DNA of 64,000 nt from Eledone cirrhosa (lineage: Eukaryota). The notes under the pieces were generated by a model. The model saw only the letters and a program-made list of their open reading frames with translations. It was not told where the DNA came from and did not search any database. Below, one piece after another: positions 1-13,929 of the stretch. How positions within the stretch are numbered: position 1 is the first letter of the stretch; each line of letters opens with the position of its first letter. Made by a program: the position numbers and the translations under genes. The stretch spans positions 215,760,001 to 215,824,000 of the forward strand of contig OZ024743.1 of the NCBI GenBank assembly GCA_964016885.1, in the 5' to 3' direction.

Positions 1-497
1 CAGGCTTTATTCCATATCTCTCCTACAGATCAGTGGCTATACTAATGATATTTTTTCTTCATGCTCATAAACCTGGGCAAGATGGTTGCCAACCTTTTTC
101 CTCTGTTGAAGATGTTGCTTCAGTTTTACTATCCGGTCTCATATGATGTTAATATGGATTTTAGACACCGGCCACCTTCCTTGCGTGAGAAGTATAGCCT
201 ATCCACATCACCATTGATGTTAAAGTTCCCAGTAATACTGAGAAATTTGCGAGTTCTAACATCCATCTCACTTAGTTCTTGCAATGACCAGTTCAGCAGG
301 CCAAATGTTGGCGTTAGAATTGGCACAGCATAAGTATTGTGGGCAATGTATTTGTTGTATGCTGACAGTTCTGATGACCATATTTTCTTTACTCTTCTGA
401 GGTATTCAGTTCTGGTTCTCTCCTTATTTATGGATCCATCGTATCTGACATTCTCATCCTGTCCAAGATATCTGTAGTTGTCACCTGACTGTAGAGG
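1..497 (-). mobile_element. Non-LTR retrotransposon RT C-terminal fragment (R4/Dong-like RLE clade)
   Basis: Minus translation YRYLG...INKERTRTEYLRRVKKIWSSELSAYNKYIAHNTYAVPILTPTFGLLNW...DVDRLYFSRKEGGRCL, typical of the post-RT/thumb region of RLE-clade elements. Runs off the window edge. Confidence 0.8.
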
Positions 498-599
498 TTA
501 TATTGTATGTATGTATGTATGTATGTATGTATGTATGTATGTATGTATGTATGTATGTATGTATGTATGTATGTGTGTGTGTGTGTATGTGTTGCAGGA

Positions 600-1000
600 G
601 CATGGCCTTTTCTTTTTACTTTCGCTGCTGCACATACAGAAATGAATCTAAGATGATAGCAGGGCTAATCTGTCAGGTTATTGCCACCCATGCATGAGCA
701 AAAGGTCTGATGATGGCACACGAGGTCTATATCCATCTTCAAATGCTTTATATTCAACCCAGGTACATATCGCAGCACATTCCAAATATATTATCTCCCT
801 GGGATGCTTTGGACCTCACGTTTTTCCAGGATCTCTCCATTTGATTTAGATCTGGAACGCGGGATATTCGGCGCTACGCAGTGGAATACTTGTTGAGAAG
901 TGTGGTCCTGTTACTGGGTCACTATTTGCTTTGTGGTATTTGTGAATTCCATAAAACTTCGACACGTCATTGTTCCAGGTTGTACATTCCGGCATGTTAG
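600..1000 (-). pseudogene. Possible highly decayed restriction-like endonuclease (RLE) region of a non-LTR element
   Basis: Fragmentary minus-strand peptides (VLWNSQIPQSK..NRTTLL) loosely resemble RLE motifs. Many stops. Confidence 0.25.
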
Positions 1001-1534
1001 TGGATTAACGATGAGTACTTCACTAACATTCCTAAATGGAACACACTAGAGAACATAGAGATAAAAATCATACCCGCCCAGAAGAGACGCACTGCATCGA
1101 TATATTTCAGAACCGACAAACATAAACGAACTCCAAACAAAATTAACCAGAAAAAAAGTATGGAATAGCAAAGACCTCAGGGTGTAGTAACTAAGGACAA
1201 AATAAAGTCAGTCAGACACACATATTAACTGAGTTAATAAAACAAACTAGACACACACAGATGGAATAAGTAAACAACTAGTAACATATATATAGATAAA
1301 AAATAGATATATAAAAATAGATGAATAAATACATTTTAAAACACACACACGCAAACACAGATATCCCGCATACGCAGACCGAGTACACAGCTCACAAAAA
1401 CAAGATGGTGCATGATAAAGCAAAGGATAGACTCAAAATAATAGCAAAATACCAACAGGTGCGTATGTTTTTTCGTGGCACCATGCACATCCCAAAGTGT
1501 ACCAATATTTAATATAACCCTATATATATATATA

Positions 1535-1850
1535 TTGGAATACACTTGAACTTCCACCAGGGAATCTTTCGTATCATTGAAATTTCCTTTGCTTCTTGTA
1601 TTTAAATATTCCACGACTCTCTACCACTTTTCCTCCACGACATTCTTCGTATCCCACCTTCTTCTCACCCGTCTATTTTTCACTCCCACCTCACTACCTT
1701 CAATCTATCTTCTTTCTCATTCTTTCTTCTGATGAAGGACTAGCGTCCTGCTATTTCTTTTGTTAACATAATATATTCCTTCCAAATACTGTACCGCTTG
1801 TGTTGTTATTTCTGTTTACCTTTTTACAACCCCCCCCCCCCCAACACACC
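1535..1850 (+). mobile_element. Short (TA)n-embedded PLE pLTR-like fragment with truncated hammerhead
   Basis: Flanked by TA runs. CTGATGA-AGGAC-tagc-GTCCT at 1729-1749 (core plus stem II), but the GAAA half is missing. Confidence 0.45.
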
Positions 1851-1874
1851 TATATATATATATATATATATATA

Positions 1875-3039
1875 TTGGAATAAATGCTCTGAAATAGCGA
1901 TATATATGTGAGTATAGACATAGAATATTCGAAAATATTCTGTATGTTTATAATAAACATTTTGAAGACCTAATCGCTATAGAATAGAATACGTCACGTA
2001 TTACAATTAGATTCTCGATAAAAGCAAGGGAAGTAATCTACGCGTTTCATTCTTGTTAGAATTCATCAGGACTACATATCCAGTGCTTTTATCGAGAATG
2101 ACACAGCTAGAGACTTATAGAATACTTAGCTGTGTACTGGAACTGGTTTGAAAGAGCGGTTGCCGGTCCGGCAGAAATTAGAAATTGGAATAAATGCTCT
2201 GAAATAGCGATATATATGTGAGTATAGACATAGAATATTCGAAAATATTCTGTATGTTTATAATAAACATTTTGAAGACCTAATCGCTATAGAATAGAAT
2301 ACGTCACGTATTACAATTAGATTCTCGATAAAAGCAAGGGAAGTAATCTACGCGTTTCATTCTTGTTAGAATTCATCAGGACTACATATCCAGTGCTTTT
2401 ATCGAGAATGACACAGCTAGAGACTTATAGAATACTTAGCTGTGTACTGGAACTGGTTTGAAAGAGCGGTTGCCGGTCCGGCAGAAATTAGAAATTGGAA
2501 TAAATGCTCTGAAATAGCGATATATATGTGAGTATAGACATAGAATATTCGAAAATATTCTGTATGTTTATAATAAACATTTTGAAGACCTAATCGCTAT
2601 AGAATAGAATACGTCACGTATTACAATTAGATTCTCGATAAAAGCAAGGGAAGTAATCTACGCGTTTCATTCTTGTTAGAATTCATCAGGACTACATATC
2701 CAGTGCTTTTATCGAGAATGACACAGCTAGAGACTTATAGAATACTTAGCTGTGTACTGGAACTGGTTTGAAAGAGCGGTTGCCGGTCCGGCAGAAATTA
2801 GAAATTGGAATAAATGCTCTGAAATAGCGATATATATGTGAGTATAGACATAGAATATTCGAAAATATTCTGTATGTTTATAATAAACATTTTGAAGACC
2901 TAATCGCTATAGAATAGAATACGTCACGTATTACAATTAGATTCTCGATAAAAGCAAGGGAAGTAATCTACGCGTTTCATTCTTGTTAGAATTCATCAGG
3001 ACTACATATCCAGTGCTTTTATCGAGAATGACACAGCTA
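1875..3039 (-). repeat. Tandem array of a 310-bp hammerhead-containing unit (about 3.8 copies), retrozyme-like
   Basis: TTGGAATAAATGCTCTG recurs at 1875, 2185, 2495 and 2805 (period 310). Copies look identical. Left end abuts (TA)n. Confidence 0.95.
2033..2075 (-). ncRNA. Minimal type-I hammerhead ribozyme (also 2343-2385, 2653-2695, 2963-3005)
   Basis: Reverse complement reads GTAGTC CTGATGA ATTC-taacaa-GAAT GAAA CGCG TA GATTAC: stem I, core, stem II, GAAA, palindromic stem III and GUA site. Confidence 0.9.
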
Positions 3040-3848
3040 AAAGCACTGGATATGTAGTCCTGATGAATTCTAACAAGAATGAAACGCGTAGATTACTTCC
3101 CTTGCTTTTATCGAGAATCTAATTGTAATACGTGACGTATTCTATTCTATAGCGATTAGGTCTTCAAAATGTTTATTATAAACATACAGAATATTTTCGA
3201 ATATTCTATGTCTATACTCACATATATATCGCTATTTCAGAGCATTTATTCCAATTTCTAATTTCTGCCGGACCGGCAACCGCTCTTTCAAACCAGTTCC
3301 AGTACACAGCTAAGTATTCTATAAGTCTCTAGCTGTGTCATTCTCGATAAAAGCACTGGATATGTAGTCCTGATGAATTCTAACAAGAATGAAACGCGTA
3401 GATTACTTCCCTTGCTTTTATCGAGAATCTAATTGTAATACGTGACGTATTCTATTCTATAGCGATTAGGTCTTCAAAATGTTTATTATAAACATACAGA
3501 ATATTTTCGAATATTCTATGTCTATACTCACATATATATCGCTATTTCAGAGCATTTATTCCAATTTCTAATTTCTGCCGGACCGGCAACCGCTCTTTCA
3601 AACCAGTTCCAGTACACAGCTAAGTATTCTATAAGTCTCTAGCTGTGTCATTCTCGATAAAAGCACTGGATATGTAGTCCTGATGAATTCTAACAAGAAT
3701 GAAACGCGTAGATTACTTCCCTTGCTTTTATCGAGAATCTAATTGTAATACGTGACGTATTCTATTCTATAGCGATTAGGTCTTCAAAATGTTTATTATA
3801 AACATACAGAATATTTTCGAATATTCTATGTCTATACTCACATATATA
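3038..3848 (+). repeat. Inverted continuation of the 310-bp array (about 2.6 copies)
   Basis: AAGCACTGGATATGTAGTCC at 3041, 3351 and 3661 is the reverse complement of the left arm. Right end merges into (TA)n. Confidence 0.95.
3054..3096 (+). ncRNA. Minimal type-I hammerhead ribozyme (also 3364-3406, 3674-3716)
   Basis: GTAGTC CTGATGA ATTC TAACAA GAAT GAAA CGCG TA GATTAC. In full copies stem I extends via ATTCTCGATAAAAGCA/TGCTTTTATCGAGAAT. Confidence 0.92.
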
Positions 3849-3860
3849 TATATATATATT

Positions 3861-3960
<100 letters not shown>

Positions 3961-4902
3961 CATGTGTGTGTGCGTGTGTTGTGCGTATTTGTGTATATTT
4001 ATGTATGTTTCCGTATTTCTGTAGTAGTGTGGCATAATGTGTGTATGTGTCTGTGTACAAGGAAGAGCTGGTAAACATGTTCGTACCGATTTCAATTAAT
4101 CCTCTAGAAACATTTGAACTTCAATAGATGGGATTAGAAAACCATCTTTCTAATGTGCCGTGTTTGCTTTGTTGCAAGACTTCTGGATGTCAAACATAAA
4201 GTGCCGTTCAGTTCTCATCTCTTACATATATAATCTGAAATATGCGCAATGAATAATGATTACTATATTGAATTGGAAATAAGGATGGATGCAATAGTAA
4301 TTTAAATTCTATAATTTTATCATTTTCTTTATCTTTTATTAAGAATTATATTTCATAACCACTGCCAGAATCGTCATTCCAACTGATGCAATATGAAACC
4401 ATTTATAATAAACGTTAAATTAAGGATTATAATAGTCTTACCATCTCTGCTATCACTGGAGTCTCCACCAGATTTCCATCTTTCAAAAACTCCATAATTA
4501 AATAGATTTAGTCAGGAACGATAAGGTTACAGAAGCAAGGAATGAAACAGGTCAAAGATTAGTATAGGATATCTAAGAAAGTTTAACTGAATGTCCACAG
4601 TTGGCATTCAGCTAACGAACTTGTGGGAAATCGAAGCAATCAAGGCATACATTTAATATTAACTCAACTTCTGATATCCAGCTCGGCTACATATGACAGA
4701 TTTATTGATTAAATGAAATCCACTGAAACTTCTACGTTGGTTTCATCAATAGTAACGAAATAACTCACAATATAGATTATCTGTGGAAAGGACAAGCTAG
4801 TTTAATTTGATTTCATCTCAATAATAGCGACTAATAATTTTGCTATAAACACGTATTTTTTATTACTTGTTCTGACGTATTCTATTTATTGTTCTGTGCT
4901 TA

Positions 4903-4949
4903 TACTACTACTACTATTACTACTATTGCTGCTGCTGCTGCTGTTACTG

Positions 4950-5031
<82 letters not shown>
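4903..5031. repeat. (TAC)n/(TGC)n trinucleotide microsatellite
   Basis: Direct reading. Confidence 0.95.
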
Positions 5032-5447
5032 ATATTGGCTTTTTATCCTTTCATTCAACAATATTAGAAAAGTATTTATTTCACGTATTCATGTACTTCG
5101 CAAACTAACACCGATTATTAATATCAACTTGAACCAATATAGAAATGCTTTTTTCATATAGTAATGCAGTGTTCGTATTGCTCTTGTAATCCAGGCTCAT
5201 ATAACTCAAGCACATATGCGCGACGTCATGTATAATTTCCAACGAGTATACCGATCAAAGAATGCGTGTTGAGTACATATATATATATAAACAAAGATGG
5301 CTACATCCACAGACTATTTGTTGAAGTGTTAGAAAATACAGGAAAGATTTACGATGGCAGGTAATCTGGAATTTTGCGTTATATGGACAGCTACTAAACA
5401 GTCCAGGCGGGTATTTACGCAGTGTTTCACTGAAGCCATCTTCAAGA

Positions 5448-5513
<66 letters not shown>

Positions 5514-6869
5514 TCATTCAAAATATATACTTAGAGAAAGAGAAAGAGCGGTATATCGTTTGACAAACACATTGTATATTGTACACTTTTATATTACAAA
5601 TAATATTCAGGAAAATATATGCATACTTAAGGTGGAAAAAATAATGTTCCTGACAGTAATGTTTCACATCTCTAAGATACGTTAGGCGAGAGAAAATGGG
5701 TTTAAGTAATTGATCATCGTTTACCGATTATCGATTCCGATACAAACCAACGAAATACAAGGATTTATCCTCAGGCGAAATGTCTGTAGATATGTTCCGC
5801 ACCTACAAAAGAACTTTACATTTGTTGATAGACGAGAGTCTGAATGAGCTTGCATTAACATGGCGCCGATAAATGTCAAGGAGCTACTCATCAGAGTGTT
5901 TGAAGATACATAGTGAATTGAGAATAGAAAAATAGCAAATAGAGAACAGATTCGATTCGGGGACAGTCAGCAAATTCGGTGTCATAGACTTGGGTAGACG
6001 TTATATATATACTTCCGCAAATAACAATAGCAAATAGCCCTGACAGCTGAGCTCTTGATGTTTTAACAGCTATTTGCAGATTGATTGCCAAAGGCATTGG
6101 CTATTAAGTGGCTGTATAATCAGGAGGGTTTTTTATCCAAATAAATTCTACATGTTAATAAATAGCAACTTATTTATAATCATATCGTATAATAGGTTGT
6201 GTTTAATAATGATTAGTTAGTGCAAGGATATTAAAATTTGAAGGATTTATGATTAATTCGACATTTAAATATATATATAATTAATAGGACAATTAAACTG
6301 GTGCCATATTATTGAAAACGATATAACAAAAAATAATTGTAGTTCAAAATTATTTTTAACGTTTCTATTCAGCTGCTTTTTTATTTTCTAATATTTAAAA
6401 GCGAATCATCTGATCAGTATTAGATCTAATCTGAACGAGAAGAGTGTCATTTTTAATTGTCTATGAGCTATTGTTTTAGTATAAATGTAGCAATGATATC
6501 AGCGAAAAAATGTCCCCAACATTTATGGAAGAAAATTATATTTAAGGAATTCGTTCTGATCTGTTTTAGTTGAAATAAGAACGATTTGTATAATTCATAT
6601 AATTAATTTTAATTAATGGTTATAGACAGCAGGACATTGCTATTTAAAAGAAAATGAAATCCAGTATTGATTGAGCATTCTGAGTGCCCATAGCATTGAT
6701 AAGTTCATAGGACTCTTTTATCACTGCCAATAGTTTATCAAGTAGTGGTATAGCAAGAGACACAAAGAATTGGTTTAATGTTACGTATTAAATTCCTGCA
6801 TAGTAATGTAACAATACGTCATTTAAAGAAAATAAATTAGGTACTATCTCATTCAATTAATGTTCTCTG

Positions 6870-7079
6870 TACATGGGTGGGGGCTGAAATATACATAGGC
6901 TGAACAATTCACTGGGCTGACTCATGGAGTGACCAAATGAAAATATTGTTCAAAAGAATCAATGGAAAAACGCATACAGTTATTAAAAAGAAGAGTTGAA
7001 TTTAATGCAGAAAAGATTCCAGAGATCCGGTATCACACCGTCATTGTCAGCTATGAATTTGTCAGCACATCCTCGTGTA
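6870..7079. mobile_element. Tc1/mariner-type MITE (decayed)
   Basis: Imperfect TIRs CATGGGTGGGGGCTGAAATATACATAGGCTGA and TCAGCTATGAATTTGTCAGCACATCCTCGTG, with TA on both sides. Confidence 0.6.
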
Positions 7080-7340
7080 CTGAGTCAATATTGAACAATC
7101 ACACATAGTCATAGTCAATTGATATCATTTAACTAATCTGCACAAGGTCGATGACATTATTTATTTTGATCAGGTGTGTTGTATCCAAACGGTAAAATAA
7201 AATAGAAAATGTGAAATATATTTGAATAAAATTCCCTAATAACGTGGTCGCACAAACCTAAAGAAAATGTATGTTGCTTATGTCGGAGGAACTGATTAAT
7301 ATTCTAAACTCATCTGCTCACTCATATGTAGATGCACATG

Positions 7341-7421
<81 letters not shown>

Positions 7422-8310
7422 GTATATGTATATATGCATATGTATAATTATAGACAGATTATAGTAAATACATATACATATAGATATATAAGTGTAAATA
7501 AACATATATGTATGGTTCCCATCCCTTACCAGTAGTTCTCGATGAATGAATCAATTACATAAATAATCAATGAATCAGAGGTTAATTACGTACATTTTTT
7601 TCTAATCCTTGCTGCGCAGTATCGCCGACTGGTGTGCAGCCAAAATACAGTTAAAGTGCACCTAATCTGTGAGGTAGTCGACTCGTGAAGATACCCCTTC
7701 AGTGTAGGACAGATTCCTCGGACTGACTGGTATCAGTTCCAATTTTCGAAAGTGTAAATGATCACGTGGTTTTTCGGTAAAGAGGTAGTGTAAGAGAGAC
7801 TGTTGGCGAGTAACTGAATTGCTAAATGAAGCAGACTTTTTCACCCTAAATTTTAATCAACCGTACGGGAGATTAAATTATAGAAAATACATATTCATAT
7901 AGATAGATATATGTGTTTATAATTATGTACCCGCATGAAAGAGTCGTGTCAGTAATGTAAATACTTCCTCTTCTGTTAAGCTTGATATATATTTCATCAT
8001 TCTACTCTATTGTCTACCTTCTTGTTTTCCGTTTGCATGTTACATGCATACATACATACATACATGCATGCATAAATGCTTACATACATACATACATACT
8101 TATATAAATACATACATACATACATACATAACGTAACATATATATGTGTGTGTGATTAGAGTATGGGGTTAATCGAAGAGAGATATGCGGACCACATTAT
8201 GTTCTGCCCGTTGCCCCAGTATCAGGATAAGAAAATCTTTTTCTGGGCAATTATTTGATTTTTCCAAATTTAAGGATTTCTTAGGAAGTTTCAATGTATA
8301 TTTTAGGTTT

Positions 8311-8371
8311 TGCCGTCTGAAGAGCTAGGGCTATCATAACTGATAGTCCTCAGTGAAATATGTATAACGCA
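8311..8371 (+). ncRNA. Type-I hammerhead ribozyme in a pLTR-like segment just upstream of the Penelope-like element
   Basis: TGCCGT CTGAAGA GCT-AGGGCTATCA-taac-TGATAGTCCT-cAGT GAAA TATGTA TA ACGCA. Confidence 0.7.
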
Positions 8372-8448
8372 GTATTAAATAAACCTGTATAAACTGAATA
8401 GGATCTCTGAACATTTATTAATACATATTAATATATATATATATATAT

Positions 8449-8670
8449 GCAAAAGTTTTATTTAAGATTGTTGGGTTACAACGAGTAAATATTTTATAAC
8501 TGATATAAAAGCACTCAACTTAGAGAAGAAGAGATCTTAAAGAATTCCATTTTTTCAGTTATAATATAAAGCGCTCACCGGTATTGGAGCAAAATATATG
8601 CAACAGTTTTATTTAAGATTGTTGGGTTACAACGAGTAAATATTTTATAACTGATATAAAAGCACTCAAA
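8449..8670 (-). repeat. Two copies of an inverted pLTR-end segment at the 5' junction of the PLE
   Basis: About 70-bp direct repeat at 8449 and 8599. It is the reverse complement of the distal tail of the element at about 58440-58510. Confidence 0.7.
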
Positions 8671-10729
8671 TTAGAGAAGCTAGACAGTGTCTTCAAATCT
8701 AAAAAAAATCCACCCCCCAACAAACTTTTGAATGATTTTGAAAACGATATAATTTCTATCATACAAGGAGTCAGGTTCAAGAGAAACTTCAATGGCCAGG
8801 AATATCTGAAAGGCATTAGGGATAATCGGCGAGCTTAGAGAGAACAGAGAAGATCTTGGTGAAATCGGACAAAACCAACAACCTCTATGGAGTGGAAAAA
8901 GACATGTATAATGGCCTCATACTGAAAGAACTAAGGAAAAAGTACAAGGTAGCAGATAAGGCTGAACTTGAGAAAATGAATGTTGAGGCATCATGTATAA
9001 TGCATGAGTTGGAAATTGAGAACAAAACACAACCTTTCGTGCCTAGGAAACCCAAGATCAATATGAAAGATCACAAGAGAAATTTTGAAAATGACTTGCC
9101 AGTCAGGTTGGTTGCACCATCAAAATCTGACCTGGGTAAACTTAGCAAGAACATTCTAGACATAATGATACAGCAAATTAAGGACTTGAATTGTTTACCT
9201 GGCTTGACCTTGTGGAAGGGAACTGGGGAGGTCATTGAGTGGTTTAATGAAATTAAATATAACAATAATAATAAATTTATTCAACTAGATATTGCTAACT
9301 ACTAATCTACCTAATAAGGCACTAAATTACGTATTCAAGCATACAGACCTAACTAGCAATGAAATGCGCATTATATTATCGGCAAGGAAAACTTTGATAG
9401 AATTTAATAACCAACTATGGACTAGGGCAGATAGAGATAATAATTTTAACATTACTATGGGATCATCAGACTCAGCTCAGGTAACGTACCTTGTGGGCCT
9501 ATTTATAATTAATTCGCTGCATAGGAAAATACCCGGTGTTACCGGAGGTTTATCTAGAGATGACATGCTTTTACTTATTGAAAATAATAACTCTGAACTA
9601 AATAAGAAAAGAAAACAAATTATACAATTTTTTAATTACCTTAATCTTAAAATAGAAATTGAGAATAACCATAGTATAGTCAATTTCCAAGACGTAACAT
9701 TTAATCTCAACACACGTCTTCACTATCCATTTCACAAGTTAAATGAAAACTTGAATTATGTCAATTTTAGCTCCAATCACCCCAGATCTGTCAAAAATAC
9801 TATAGCGAAATCTGTTCAAAAACGTATCTCTAGAATCTCTTCGAATAAAAATATTTTTGACGAAAAAGCCCAGTATTATAATGAAGCTTTAGCTAGAGCA
9901 GGATATAGTGATAAAATTATGTACATCGATAATAGACAAACTAACCAAAATAACAACAATTTTAATTACAGTAACAACTTTAACAACTATAATAGAAAGC
10001 ACTACAATAATTTCAAAAACCAGAAAAGAAATAGAACTAGAAATATAATATGGTTTGCCCCCCCCCCCCCCTTCTCACTAAACATTAAAACCCACATCGC
10101 TAAACTATTTTTTTATGCTCTTGACAAACGCTTCCCTAGAAATTAAGTATCACTCAATTTTTAATAGACATACTATAAAATTAACGTACTCGTCCACCAA
10201 AAATTTAGCACAAAATATTAGTAGAATAAATAATAGGAATCTAAAACCTAGCCAAAATACCGAAAATAGCCTAAACAATATTCAACTAAAAAACTGTAAC
10301 TGTAGAGATAGGTCTAAATGTCCGCTAAATAACAATTGCTTAGTTAAAAATATAATATACAACTGTAATGTTAGAACTGATTTAAATTCTTTTAATTATG
10401 TTGGTTCCACCTCGACAGAATTTAAACTTCGCTATAATAATCACAAACATTCTTTCACGGATCCAAATAAAAGATCCTCAACATCGCTGTCAGGGTTACT
10501 CTGGCAACTTAAGCATGATAAAGCTGGATATTCGATGGTTTGGAATATAGTCTCAAAAGGGATTCCTTTTAATTCCTCTTCTGAGACATGTGACCTCTGC
10601 GCGGAGGAGATATTCTTTATACTAAAATCTAAAAATTCCCTTAATTTACGAACCAATTTATTCAGCTGTTGCAGACATAGATTGAACTCAACATTTAAAT
10701 ATAAATATAAATATAAATTTAAAATGTAG
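8670..10729 (+). mobile_element. Penelope-like element: RT plus GIY-YIG endonuclease, 5'-truncated and pseudogenised
   Basis: KSDKTNNLY, KINMKDHKRNF..PVRLVAPSKSDLGKLSK, FIQLDIANY, MGSSDSAQV, SRDD (YRDD mutated), SNHP, CNCRDRSKCPLNNNC, IIY..YVGSTSTEFKLRYNNHKHSF. Frameshifts near 9300 and 10070, plus stops. Confidence 0.93.
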
Positions 10730-11945
10730 TATAAAATGTAGTATATTTACTTAAGGACTATTTATGAAACTTGGCGATAAATCTTTCGATTCCTTCAATT
10801 TTTTTTTTTAAAAACCTTTCTGCATGAATATATAATTAATGAGATTAAATAAACTACCCTAAAATTGGCGTTGTTCCCAATCCTTGAATAATTTTTTAAG
10901 CTGGATAAACTTCTATAATAAATATAAGAGCATTTGTAGAATAAGTGTTGAATGATTTCTGCTAAATAAGGCTTGGTGAACAATTTTGGTTTTGTTTCCT
11001 TTTGATTCTGATTCTATGTGACCGATATGCGTGGCATACTATGTTCTCTTGCGCCCTGTGGAGTGACGAGGATATTCCTGGCGTTTTTAATTTTAATATT
11101 GATATCTGTCGTCTACTCTATGCTTGATCGATGATCATGCAAGTGAGGCTGAAATGTTATTTTAGATGTTAATGCATATCTTATATATTTTATGTCTATA
11201 TATATGTATATATGTATGTAAATGTATGTAGGGTGGAATCTTTTGTAACGCATTGAAGTTTTTCATGAAATATAAAAATCTGTGCAGCGTATCACGTAGG
11301 TTCACATGTGCGTCTATATTTATCAACTTGATTTTGAGATAACCTTCTCTTTTCTCTTTTTTTTCACGAGAATGCATATATACTTATGTTTGAAGTTTTG
11401 TCTCAGATTTTGCTTATAGACCTAAGAATTTTTAAACTGAGCATGTGGTCATTTTTTCACACATTATGGATATGTGTCTCATTCATGAATACTGATATTT
11501 ACATTATAATACCTAATTCATAAAAATTGATAATTCAAATGGATGAGACATAAAATATATTTTAAATATATTTTAAATATATCATCTTTCTTTCTTTTTC
11601 TCCTATACACTAGTTTAACTGTATCCCTTCCCTTAACCTCTCACATATACGATGATCATCTGTCCAAAAGCAGCCTACTATATTTTTTTTTTCACCTCCT
11701 CAATGTATTTCTCTTTCTCATATCTCCTTGTCTCTCTATCTCGCTCCGTTGTTTTTCTTTACATACATCTCTTCATCTTCTTCTTTTTTTTATTTACATA
11801 CATCTCTTCATCCTCTTCTTCTCATCTTCGTTTTTCTTTCTATTTAACTGTCATAACAGTTTCACTACCAAATCAACTTTTTAAATGGAAGTTGCATTAT
11901 TACAAGGTATGTCACTAATTATTTATAAAACAGCTTATGTATTGT

Positions 11946-12009
11946 ATTTTGTCTGATGAAGGCATACCATATTTTTAATATGATATCCCAGAAATATATA
12001 TAACGAAAT
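11946..12009 (+). ncRNA. Type-I hammerhead ribozyme, probably in the 3' pLTR of the upstream PLE
   Basis: ATTTTGT CTGATGA [imperfect stem II] GAAA TATATA TA ACGAAAT. Downstream sequence matches the 58285-58510 family. Confidence 0.7.
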
Positions 12010-12168
12010 AAATATGGTTTTATAAATATAGTTTCCATTTGTTTAATATCGTATATATATATATATATACATACATACATATACAATGAAATAATTATCT
12101 TGTGTTGTTTCCTACGGAAACACTTCATTTAATATTTATTATTATTATTATTATTTTATATATATATA

Positions 12169-12213
<45 letters not shown>

Positions 12214-12221
12214 GGAAACAC

Positions 12222-12992
<771 letters not shown>

Positions 12993-13045
12993 TATATATA
13001 TATATATATATATACATATATATATGTATATATATATATATATAT

Positions 13046-13077
<32 letters not shown>

Positions 13078-13079
13078 AA

Positions 13080-13140
<61 letters not shown>

Positions 13141-13141
<1 letters not shown>

Positions 13142-13333
13142 AGGAGAATGTATGACCTCGACGGCAGAGCTCAAGCCGTTTCGACGGCTATTTCTGGATC
13201 TAGTCTGGCCAGAAATAGCCCTCGAAACAGCTTGAGCTCTGCCGCCCTGAGTCATACATTTTTCTATTACCCACTCTACTACCCTAATCATTGAGTACTC
13301 TTGTGCGTCTGGTTCCTTACCACAACTCCTTCG

Positions 13334-13336
<3 letters not shown>
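13141..13336 (+). mobile_element. Solo hairpin PLE derivative (inverted pLTR plus pLTR, no ORF)
   Basis: Arms 13141-13197 and 13209-13267. The same sequences bracket the PLE at 15462-17132 and recur at 51456-51668. Confidence 0.8.
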
Positions 13337-13368
<32 letters not shown>

Positions 13369-13891
13369 TTTATTTATACATATATACTCACACACATATA
13401 TATATTTCTATATTCAACGTAGGAGGATTGTGATTATAAGTTGCCATGCCATCTGACGCAAATTAGGTAGATTTATTCTTATCTAATATGAAATCCATTT
13501 CAATTAAGTAAACAACTCGTATAATGTAACCTTGAACACCGTTGTTAATTCTAAGAGCTCAATAATAATATTGACATCACACAGTTAATCATTTATTATG
13601 GCTACAAGAGCATATACATATTCTCTATTAGATACACATTTAACGTCATCACGCTATTTCTCATAGCTTACGTAAACATACATGTTTCATGTTACGTTTC
13701 AAATGTATTGCGCATGCAGATAATCAACAGATGTTACTTTCCTTATTAAACATTTTCATTTGCAATTCGAATCCATTTAAGCTCAGACCAACACAAACGG
13801 TCACCCACATGCACACACATATATAGACGCCCCCCCACACATGCATACACACACACACACATATATATATATATGTCTATATATATATATA

Positions 13892-13929
<38 letters not shown>

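Noticed and set aside
4443-4500. Possible minus-strand exon ending at a GTAAGA donor
   Set aside because: No clear acceptor, homology or partner exons visible.
5411-5450. Minus-strand TTGAAGA..GAAAC hammerhead-like motif
   Set aside because: Stems I and II could not be paired convincingly.
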